The notes under the pieces were generated by a model that did no database searches, was not told where the DNA came from, and was given only the letters and a program-made list of their open reading frames with translations. Shown piece by piece: positions 34,276 through 43,857 of a DNA stretch of 64,000 nt. A program made the translations under genes and the position numbers. The stretch comes from Pirellulales bacterium. GTDB taxonomy: Bacteria; Planctomycetota; Planctomycetia; Pirellulales; PALSA-1355. The stretch lies in assembly GCA_963733035.1 (NCBI GenBank), contig CAVTBU010000005.1, forward strand, positions 1,344,001 through 1,408,000. The letters run 5' to 3'. The first letter of the stretch is position 1, and each line of letters begins with the position of its first letter.

Positions 34276-34618
34276 AACCAAATCCGGGCCCAACGTCGAC
34301 TTGATGTTCCGAGCTTTTTCGGATCGCACGCGGTTGCGCATTTTACATATGCTCGCCAGCGGCGAATTATGCGTGTGCGACATCGTCGCCGTGCTGCGAG
34401 TTCCGCAGCCAAAAGCCTCACGACACCTGGCCTACCTGCGGAAGGCGGGTTTGGTCATGGCACGCAAGGAAGGACTTTGGAGCTACTACCGGCTGGCCCC
34501 GGCCCAAGGCACCTTCCACCGGAAACTTCTCGACTGCCTGGCTTGCTGCTTCCAGGAAGTTCCTGAGTTGGTAGCCGACGCCAAACAGATCGCCGCGCGC
34601 AAAGCCTGCCGCGGCTAA
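34271..34618 (+). CDS. arsR: ArsR/SmtB As(III)-responsive repressor
   Basis: ELCVCDI metal box, SRHLAYLRKAGLV, C-terminal CLACC. Confidence 0.92.
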   Translation: MKTKSGPNVDLMFRAFSDRTRLRILHMLASGELCVCDIVAVLRVPQPKASRHLAYLRKAGLVMARKEGLWSYYRLAPAQGTFHRKLLDCLACCFQEVPELVADAKQIAARKACRG

Positions 34619-34650
34619 AATTTTTTACCAATCTATATTCGCTTACGCGT

Positions 34651-35130
34651 ATGAATAACACGACTCCGAATCCTGAAAAGAAACTCACCGTGCTCTTCCT
34701 GTGCACCGGAAACTCCTGCCGCAGTCAGATGGCTGAAGGCTGGGCGCGGCACCTCAAGGGCGAACAGATCGAAGCCTACTCGGCCGGAATTGATCCCCAT
34801 GCACTGAACCCGTGGGCCGTGCAAGTCATGGCCGAAGCGGGCATCGATATCAGCCGGCAACGCTCACAGCACATCAACGAGTTCGAAGATGTCGAATTCG
34901 ACTACGTTGTTTCCGTATGTGATCGGGCCCGCCAATCGTGCCCGGCGCTTCCCAGCGGCAAGCACCGATTGCACGTGGCCTTTGACGATCCGCCACGCCA
35001 GGCAATCACCGCGGTGACCGACGAACAAACCCTCGCTCCGTATCGCCGCGTCCGCGACGAGATTCGCAAGTTCATTGAGGAAATGCCTGACAATCTGGCA
35101 ACTTTCTCATCAACCACTCCCGGAGGTTAA
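34651..35130 (+). CDS. arsC: Thioredoxin-coupled arsenate reductase (LMW-PTP fold)
   Basis: CTGNSCRSQMAEG, VCDRARQSCP, FDDP, VRDEI. Confidence 0.93.
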   Translation: MNNTTPNPEKKLTVLFLCTGNSCRSQMAEGWARHLKGEQIEAYSAGIDPHALNPWAVQVMAEAGIDISRQRSQHINEFEDVEFDYVVSVCDRARQSCPALPSGKHRLHVAFDDPPRQAITAVTDEQTLAPYRRVRDEIRKFIEEMPDNLATFSSTTPGG

Positions 35131-35133
35131 CTC

Positions 35134-36032
35134 ATGTCCATCGAAAAGATCGTGCAATCGAAGTACGGCGCCATGGCCACAAGCGGGCGATCGAGCGAGC
35201 ACTCCGGCGTCAAGGCGGTGGCCGAAGCGTTCGGCTATTCGCCCGAACAACTCGCCGCAATTCCGGCGGAAGCCAACATGGGGCTCTCGTGCGGCAATCC
35301 CACCGCCTTTGCAAGTCTCAAACCGGGCGAAGTGGTTGTCGACCTGGGCTCCGGCGGAGGGTTGGATGTGTTTCTCGCCGCCCAAGCGGTCGGCCCCACC
35401 GGCAAGGCAATCGGTATCGATATGACGCCCGAGATGATCGCGCTGGCCGAGACGAACAAACAGCGCTCGGGAGCCACAAACGTCGAGTTCCACCTGGCCA
35501 CGATCGACAACATGCCGTTGGCCGACGAATCGGTCGACTGCGTGATCAGCAACTGCGTGATCAATCTGGCCAGCGACAAGCCGGCCGTTTTCCGCGAAAT
35601 CGCCCGCGTACTAAAGCCCGGCGGCCGGTTGGCCGTCAGCGACATCGCGCTCAAGCGAGAGTTGCCGCCAGAGCTCAGCGAAAGTCTGGCTGCGTATGTC
35701 GGATGCGTGGCCGGTGCTATTTCAATCGACGAGTATCGCCAGGGACTGCGCGCGGCGGGTTTCGCGCACGTCGAAATCGTCGACACCGGCGCGGACTTGA
35801 ACGCCTATGCAAAGGCCGACAACCAGGCCGGTTGCTGTGCGCCGGACCCTCCGAAGCGGCGCTGCCCGTGGTTGACGGCGGCCAGGCGGAAGGCAGCTTT
35901 CCCGAGCAGCTGCGCGAGCTGATGACCAAGTATAATGTCAACGACTACGCCGCCAGCGTGAAGGTGTACGCCGTCAAGACCGCCGAGGCCGCCCAATCGT
36001 GCTGCAACCCCGTGCATGGCGAGTGCTGTTGA
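35134..36032 (+). CDS. arsM: Arsenite S-adenosylmethionine methyltransferase; frameshift near 35846
   Basis: [31 protein letters not shown]; tail [16 protein letters not shown]...SCC...ECC in shifted frame. Confidence 0.9.
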
Positions 36033-36124
36033 ATGCGCGACATGGCCAGTCGGGGGTTGCCAGCGCCCGCGTTGCGAGAAACAATCGGCGTGCCTCCCCA
36101 CTGGCCACTCACCGTGAGACACCT

Positions 36125-36772
36125 TTGAACGAAACTACCACCGACACGCTGGCGGCAGCCTTAGCGCGGCACGAAATCGAACTGCCCGAGGAGCAAATCG
36201 AACCGCTCGATCGTTATTGCCGCTCGTTGTGGGCCTGGAACGAGAAGCTCAACCTCACGCGGCATACCGACTACGAGAAATTCGTCGCCCGCGACGTCGT
36301 CGATTGCCTGCAACTCGAGCCGTTGCTCGAACCGGGCGAACGCGTGCTCGACGTGGGGACCGGTGGCGGCGTGCCGGGCGTGGTGCTGGCGATCTTGCGG
36401 CCCGACCTTTCCGTGGCACTCTGCGATTCGGTGGCCAAGAAGGCCAAAGCCGCCGGCGAGATCATCAGGGAAGTCGGACTCCCGATCACCGTCCATCATC
36501 GGCCGGTCCAGGAACTGCTAGCCGAAGAGCACTACAACACGCTGGTCGCGAGAGCCGTGGCCCCTCTGGCGAAGATGCTTCGCTGGCTGGCCCCGCATTG
36601 GCATTCGTTCGACCGCTTGCTGGTCATCAAGGGCCCGGCCTGGGTCGAGGAACGGAGCGAAGCTCGCGAAGCCGGTCTTCTCAAGCGGCTGCAAATGCGC
36701 AAGGTGGCCAGCTACCCGATGGCTGGCACCGAATCGGAAAGCGTCGTGCTCTCGATTCGGCCAAACGAATAG
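36125..36772 (+). CDS. rsmG: 16S rRNA m7G527 methyltransferase
   Basis: WNEKLNLT, LDVGTGGGVPG, ARAVAPL, IKGP; TTG start. Confidence 0.92.
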   Translation: MNETTTDTLAAALARHEIELPEEQIEPLDRYCRSLWAWNEKLNLTRHTDYEKFVARDVVDCLQLEPLLEPGERVLDVGTGGGVPGVVLAILRPDLSVALCDSVAKKAKAAGEIIREVGLPITVHHRPVQELLAEEHYNTLVARAVAPLAKMLRWLAPHWHSFDRLLVIKGPAWVEERSEAREAGLLKRLQMRKVASYPMAGTESESVVLSIRPNE

Positions 36773-37021
36773 TGGAGATCGTCCTCTCGGCATTCGTGCG
36801 ACTATTTCGTCTACAAACGACCGCCGAATCGGGGTTACTCGCCGCCGGCAGCTTGCCTTGTGGGCCTGTGCGGCGCTCCCTATACTGGTTGTCTTTCCCA
36901 CACCGCAAAGTCGCCTGCCGGAGGTCCTCTGGCGTGGCGTTTCTGGGGCGACTAGCCCTGCCGCGAATATTCGCACGAAACCACTGTACTAGTCCAAAGC
37001 TTCACGGGAAGGATCGACATC

Positions 37022-38278
<1,257 letters not shown>

Positions 38279-38300
38279 TAGATACGCAGCTCGATATCCG

Positions 38301-38339
38301 AAAAGAGCCCAGGGGAGATTCTCCCTGGGCTCTTTTTTT
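38301..38339. terminator. Intrinsic terminator after sat (bidirectional)
   Basis: AAAAGAGCCCAGGG-gagattct-CCCTGGGCTCTTTTTTT. Confidence 0.88.
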
Positions 38340-38399
38340 CCAGGGCCATCAAGACCGGATTTTTCCGTTACACTCGTCGTCCGTTTATCGCGGCGGCGA

Positions 38400-39266
38400 T
38401 CAACGCACCGGACGCTCGAGCATCTTTTGATGCCGCCGTCGCTGCAAAAGCAACAGCGCAGCTCCAGGGACAACCAGGGCCAGGGTGGCCGGCTCCGGCA
38501 CGACCGCCACGAAGCGCACGATGCCTTCAACGTCGGGGCGCCCGGAACTGGCCCAGCCGAGCAGCGGGTGACCCTCGCTGTCGACTGGAACGTTGAATCC
38601 CATATCATCCAAACGGACGCTCGAATTGTAGATGTTCAGAATGTACGACTTTCCGACGACGAGCGGCACGGACGGCGACCAATCAGTCGTGCCGGCCGGT
38701 ATGACGGTCGACAACACGTTGTGAAGGGGATCGCCCATTTGTGCGGTAAAAGATTGGCCGGGCGGCAGATCGAGTACGAAGTGTGGAGTCGGCGTGCTGA
38801 CGTTCGAATTGTGTATGGGTGATAGAATTACAGGCGGTGCGATGTCCGCGGCCGTGAGCAAGCCCAAGTTCGGTGTCATTTGATAGTGCCGCTCGGTTGG
38901 AAGTCCCTGGTCGATGTTGAAGTACCAGGCTTGGTCGAGCGAGGTCACGAACTGGTTGAAGTCGACGAACGCGGGCGGGGGGTCGAACGTCCAACCTCCG
39001 TATTCCGTATGGACTCGATATTGACCGTCTTGGCTGACGATCTCGCCCGACGCAAAGTCCAACTGTTGGCCACCCGGAAAAAACTCCGGATAGGCATAGC
39101 CTCGGTAAGTCGTCACGCCGTTGACGTTCTCGGCGCGCAGGTCAAGATCGACGCGCACCTCGGCGATTGACGTCGTCCGAGTGCCGAAAATAAAGAGGAG
39201 AGTCGCCGCACATCCAAGGACCTTCGATGTAACTAAATTCCGACGCAGCATGATTGCGAACCCCAT
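38400..39266 (-). CDS. PEP-CTERM sorting-domain protein
   Basis: N-terminal signal peptide; C-terminal VPEPATLALVVPGAALLLLQRRRH. Confidence 0.87.
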   Translation of the reverse strand: MGFAIMLRRNLVTSKVLGCAATLLFIFGTRTTSIAEVRVDLDLRAENVNGVTTYRGYAYPEFFPGGQQLDFASGEIVSQDGQYRVHTEYGGWTFDPPPAFVDFNQFVTSLDQAWYFNIDQGLPTERHYQMTPNLGLLTAADIAPPVILSPIHNSNVSTPTPHFVLDLPPGQSFTAQMGDPLHNVLSTVIPAGTTDWSPSVPLVVGKSYILNIYNSSVRLDDMGFNVPVDSEGHPLLGWASSGRPDVEGIVRFVAVVPEPATLALVVPGAALLLLQRRRHQKMLERPVR

Positions 39267-40185
39267 GCATTCAACCTGGCCAATGGTGTTTCAAACTGCC
39301 TTTGCTTAGCGACTGGAGGACCGCCTGGCGCGTTCTCGATGGGTGTCGTCCGTGCGTTGACGGTTTTCGGGCTTAGTCATCGGCATTGCCCAAGAATGCC
39401 GACCCGCGGTCGCATTTTGGAACCTCGACCGTGCAACGGCCTGACCCCTTCGCTGGAAGCGGCCCGGCGTTTTCGGGCATCGTCGTCGTTGGGTACGAAG
39501 CGAAGCAAGGGCAGTAGCATCGCTCGATTTGCACTAGCGTGTGGTAATGTGCCCCCTACTGTAACTAACGACATGGGGCCGGTCAATCAAACCGGTGGGC
39601 ACCAACTAACTCTATCGGAACGCACATTTCGCGAAATACGATCCGCACAATCACCAGTGGCCGGCAAGGGATAACTTGGTCGATCCCGATCCCACTTCGA
39701 GGCCAGATCTCCCATAACTCATGCTACGAATTCTCGCGCTTGAAATCGGGCCAGCACCTGCGGCATACTCACCCGCGGTCGGATGGCCTGCGACGTGTGG
39801 ACGAGCAACAAGCCTGGGACCTTGGTTGTCTTGTCTTTGGAACCTGCCCATCCCCGCCGACACGTTTCGGCGGCACGAGGATTACGGGGTTCGCTTGCGT
39901 TCACACGTTCGCCGCTTGCCGCAAAACGACGGCGCCGGGGTACCACGGCGCTGCGAACTTGCGCGGCAGGTCTGGCTGTCTTTGCCGCACGAAGGTTTTT
40001 TAGCCTGGCTTGGCGGTGGCGGAAGCCGCCGTCACTTGACGTACTGGTAAAACGAGTGCTTCGTGCTGCATGCCGCGTGTCGCGCCGCTCGGTCGATGGC
40101 CGAGGAGTGACCAACCATTAACCACTTTCAAAGTCCAATCCCGGCTCAACCGAGCACGACACGCTTCTATTTTTAAAAAGCGTCC

Positions 40186-40235
40186 AACCAAACGCCGCGC
40201 GCACCCTTGCGCGCTGGCGTTTGGTTTTTTTGTTT
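40186..40235. terminator. Strong terminator-like hairpin
   Basis: AACCAAACGCC-GCGCGCA/TGCGCGC-t-GGCGTTTGGTT followed by T run on plus strand. Confidence 0.7.
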
Positions 40236-40399
40236 TCAATTCGTCCTTTGTGCCCTTGGTGGTTTTTTATCAACATCCTGTTTTTAATTGCTTACAGTTG
40301 CCCCTTTCGGGGCTCAGGGATCGTCGGAAAGTCTGCCTGTCAGGCCTCGGCCTGACCTTCTGTTTTCTTGACAGAGTCGTCAAAGCGATGCGAGCAGCC

Positions 40400-40828
40400 C
40401 TAGATGTAATACATGTTCTCGCTCTGCCGCTGAATGCGGCTCACCAGGTCGGCGAACGTGATCGCACGCAGCGCGTCGTATTCCACCTTGGCCACTTCTT
40501 GCCAGGCGTCCTTCAGTACGCGGGCAGTCGACGAGCGAGGGCTCGTCGTGCTCGTAACTTCCGTGTCCTGCCCTTCGATGACGGCCATCACCTCGCCCAG
40601 CGAAATCTCCTCCGGCGGCTTAATAAGTTGATACCCGCCGCTGGCTCCCCGCGTGCTCGACACGAAGCCGGCGCCTTTGAGCTGCAGCAGAATCTGCACG
40701 AGAAACCGCGAGGGGATGCCGTGTTCCTCGGCAATCGAGCGAATCCGCACCGGTTCGTTCGAACCGTAGTGGGCGGCCAACTCGAGCATGGCCAGGCAAG
40801 CGTATTCAGTCTTGGCCGATACTTTCAT
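40400..40828 (-). CDS. Rrf2-family regulator (CymR-like, no Fe-S Cys triad)
   Basis: MKVSAKTEYA, FLVQILLQLK, STRGASGGYQL, MYYI end. Confidence 0.93.
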   Translation of the reverse strand: MKVSAKTEYACLAMLELAAHYGSNEPVRIRSIAEEHGIPSRFLVQILLQLKGAGFVSSTRGASGGYQLIKPPEEISLGEVMAVIEGQDTEVTSTTSPRSSTARVLKDAWQEVAKVEYDALRAITFADLVSRIQRQSENMYYI

Positions 40829-40915
40829 AGCCGGATCGAAGCCGAAGTCGCGTGGGGCAAAGCATCAACGCAATCGGCCGCATGGAGAAGCGGCGCTCGT
40901 CGTGGGCCGAGCGTG

Positions 40916-41740
40916 CTAGTCGGACGTGTGCAGGCCGCACTCTTTTTTGGCCGAGCCGCTCCAGCGGCCGGCACGCTCGTCTTCGCCAAACATCACCGCC
41001 CGCGTGCACGGCCAGCAGCCGATGCTAGTGTATCCTTGATCGTGCAGCGGGTTGTAGGGGATGTTGTGCTCGGTGATCATTTTCCAGACGTCCTTCTTGG
41101 TCCAATTGGCCAAGGGACTGATCTTCACCAGGCCGAACTTTTTGTCCCAACCGACGATTGGAATACCAGCCCGATCACCCGTGCCCTGGTCGCGGCGGAT
41201 GCCGCTCATCCAGGCCTGCCAACCCACGACGGCTTCACGAAGCACTTTCACCTTCCGATCAAAGCAGCACTGATCCGAGTTGGTCTTATACAGCGGACCG
41301 CCGTGCGCGGCCTCGTATTGTTCGACCGTGGTTTCGGCCCGCCTGTAGTCCACCTCGAGCCCATACCGCTCTTTGATCCGGTCGCGCAGCTCCAGCGTCT
41401 CTTTGAACTGGTAGCCGGTGTCGAGATTGAACACGTAGGTGCTCGGATCGATCGCCGCCAGCATATGCAGGATGATGCAGCCCTCGGGTCCAAAGGCCGT
41501 GGCCATGGTCAGCTTGGGTGCGTAGTTTTCGACGGCCCAGGAGATAATTTCAACCGGCGTGGCCGTTTCCAACCGGCGGCTGTGTTCCGCCAGCTCGGCC
41601 AGAAACTCGGGGGTCGCTTCCAAACCGTTGTGTGTCGCCGCGGCAAGTGGAGCTTGCTTCGCGGGCTCGTTCACAATGGGAAGTTGATTCGGGAACACGC
41701 TCATCGAGGGGGCCATGAGGGTGGAGTGTCCGGTCGCCAT
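40916..41740 (-). CDS. cysH: APS/PAPS reductase (4Fe-4S, APS-reductase type)
   Basis: LDTGYQF, QCCFDRKV, SIGCWPCT, RAGRW, ECGLH; start uncertain (41704-41740). Confidence 0.92.
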   Translation of the reverse strand: MATGHSTLMAPSMSVFPNQLPIVNEPAKQAPLAAATHNGLEATPEFLAELAEHSRRLETATPVEIISWAVENYAPKLTMATAFGPEGCIILHMLAAIDPSTYVFNLDTGYQFKETLELRDRIKERYGLEVDYRRAETTVEQYEAAHGGPLYKTNSDQCCFDRKVKVLREAVVGWQAWMSGIRRDQGTGDRAGIPIVGWDKKFGLVKISPLANWTKKDVWKMITEHNIPYNPLHDQGYTSIGCWPCTRAVMFGEDERAGRWSGSAKKECGLHTSD

Positions 41741-41766
41741 AGGTCGGAATGCCGCGATTGCTCAGA

Positions 41767-41799
41767 ATGATACTTATGTTAGTAATCAAAGTCAACTAT
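41767..41799 (-). promoter_or_regulatory. Sigma70 promoter of cysH-rrf2 with Rrf2-like half-site
   Basis: Minus strand ATAG-TTGACT-N17-TATCAT. Confidence 0.7.
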
Positions 41800-42020
41800 C
41801 GCCACTGTACCTCTTTATCGACCTCCACGTGCCGGGTTCTTCAGCCTGTAACGATTTTGGCGATCGCATTTTCGGCCCCGCCGGTTTGTTCGCAAGTCGT
41901 TAGCTGGCCCAGCGCTTGACGCTGCCAACCGAGCGCGCCATTCTGGTGGCCCGGCGGAAAAATGGCCGGCAACGGACCCAGACAACAGCAACACCCCCAG
42001 ATATAGCAGGTGGCAACTTG

Positions 42021-43514
42021 ATGGCGCGGCAGACCTACCTGGCGATCGACATTGGGGCATCCAGTGGCCGGCATGTGGCTGGCATGTTCGATGGCAAGCG
42101 GCTCGAATTAGCCGAGGTGTTCCGCTTTGAGAATGGCCCCGTGGCGGCCGCCGGGCATTTGTATTGGGACCTGCTGGCTCAATGGCAAAGCGTCACGCGC
42201 GGCCTCCGCGCCGCCGGTGCTGGCGACTGGGGCGAGATCGCTAGCGTTGGCGTCGACACCTGGGGCGTCGACTTCGGATTGCTCGGCCGAGGCGACGAAC
42301 TGCTCGGCAATCCGGTGGCCTACCGCGATGCCCGCACCGATGGACTGATGGAACAGGCCTTCACGGTCGTGCCGCGCGAAGAGATCTTTGCCCGCACCGG
42401 CTTGCAGTTCATGCAGTTCAATACGCTGTTTCAACTATGGGCCATGCGACGGGCAAACTCGCCGATCCTCGCCGCGGCCGAGTCGCTGCTGATGATGCCC
42501 GACCTGTTCCACTGGTTGCTCACCGGCATCAAGTCGAACGAACAAACCAACGCCACGACCACGCAGTTCTTTGATCCGCAATCGGGCGGCTGGGCCAACG
42601 AACTTTTCGCCAAGTTCGATCTGCCCACAGGTATCCTCGGTCCCTTGTCTCAGCCTGGCACGCAACTCGGCCCGCTACGCGCCTCGATTGCCGCCGAAGC
42701 CGGCCGGAACGATGTACAAGTCGTGTTGCCCGGGACGCACGACACGGCAAGCGCGGTGGCGGCGGTGCCTGCCGCCGGGCCGCCAAGTCAAAGTCCGAAT
42801 TGGTGCTACATCAGCTCCGGCACCTGGTCGTTGATGGGCGTGGAAGTGCCGCGGCCGATCGTGAGTGAGAAATGCCTGGCCCTGAACTTCACGAACGAAG
42901 GCGGCATCGGTGGCACGACGCGGCTGCTCAAGAACATCGGCGGTCTATGGCTCGTGCAGGAGTGCCGCCGAGTGTGGAATCAGTCGGGCAAAGATTTCAA
43001 TTGGGAGGATTTGACCCGGCTTGCGAAAGCAGCCCGGCCACTGGTTTCAATCATCGATCCCGATGATGCGGCATTCCTGCTGCCGACCAACATGCCCGAG
43101 GAGATCCGTAACTATTGCCGTCGCACAGGGCAGACCGTGCCCGCGGACGAGGGTGCAGTGATTCGCTGCGCGCTGGAAAGCCTGGCACTCCGTTACCGTC
43201 AGGTGCTCGGTTGGCTCGAGGAGTTGGTTGGCACGCGAATCGATACGATCCATGTCGTTGGCGGGGGCACGCGGAACCGCGAGCTTTGCCAGGCCACGGC
43301 CGACGCCTGTCAGCGCGTCGTCATCGCAGGACCGGTCGAAGCCACGGCGATCGGCAACGTCGTCGTACAGGCCATCGCTGCTGGCGAATTAGGTTCGATC
43401 GAAGATGCCCGCGCGGTCATTCGCGCCAGCTTTCCACCCGATCGCTACGAGCCCCAGGACGCGCCCGCCTGGGACGAAGCCTATGGCCGTTTTCTCAAGC
43501 TGGTGAAGAAGTGA
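42021..43514 (+). CDS. rhaB: Rhamnulokinase/fuculokinase (FGGY family)
   Basis: AIDIGASSGR, GVDTWGVD, HDTASA, ISSGTWSL, NFTNEGG, GPVEATAIGN. Confidence 0.9.
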   Translation: MARQTYLAIDIGASSGRHVAGMFDGKRLELAEVFRFENGPVAAAGHLYWDLLAQWQSVTRGLRAAGAGDWGEIASVGVDTWGVDFGLLGRGDELLGNPVAYRDARTDGLMEQAFTVVPREEIFARTGLQFMQFNTLFQLWAMRRANSPILAAAESLLMMPDLFHWLLTGIKSNEQTNATTTQFFDPQSGGWANELFAKFDLPTGILGPLSQPGTQLGPLRASIAAEAGRNDVQVVLPGTHDTASAVAAVPAAGPPSQSPNWCYISSGTWSLMGVEVPRPIVSEKCLALNFTNEGGIGGTTRLLKNIGGLWLVQECRRVWNQSGKDFNWEDLTRLAKAARPLVSIIDPDDAAFLLPTNMPEEIRNYCRRTGQTVPADEGAVIRCALESLALRYRQVLGWLEELVGTRIDTIHVVGGGTRNRELCQATADACQRVVIAGPVEATAIGNVVVQAIAAGELGSIEDARAVIRASFPPDRYEPQDAPAWDEAYGRFLKLVKK

Positions 43515-43616
43515 TCGGAAATGCACCAGGCCAGAGATTTCGCGGCAAATGCTAGCACGGCAACTCGCCGCTGGTGGTCGATAACCTATGACGGGACCAA
43601 TTGGAGAAGCGGGATC

Positions 43617-43832
43617 ATGGGCTATCGACGAACCATTCTCTTTGCGCTCGCGACGGCGCTCGCATTCGGGCCATCCGTTGGCTGCACGATTCAGGACGTG
43701 TTTCGCACGACCCTCGGCGGCATTAATTCCGATCGCGCCGCGTTGAACAAGATCAACCCCGCGAACGACTACTCCTATCCCCAGTCCGACGAGCAGCGCA
43801 CGGTCTGGCGATTGCCCAAGTCAGACAAGTAG
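43617..43832 (+). CDS. Small putative lipoprotein (71 aa)
   Basis: MGYRRTILFALATALAFGPSVGC lipobox-like signal. Confidence 0.6.
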   Translation: MGYRRTILFALATALAFGPSVGCTIQDVFRTTLGGINSDRAALNKINPANDYSYPQSDEQRTVWRLPKSDK

Positions 43833-43857
43833 AGACGCGGCAAAGGTGCGTCAAACC

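Noticed and set aside
39600..40399. tRNA, tmRNA, 6S, SAM or c-di-GMP riboswitch
   Set aside because: Could not match the conserved cores by eye; retained only as an unassigned structured region
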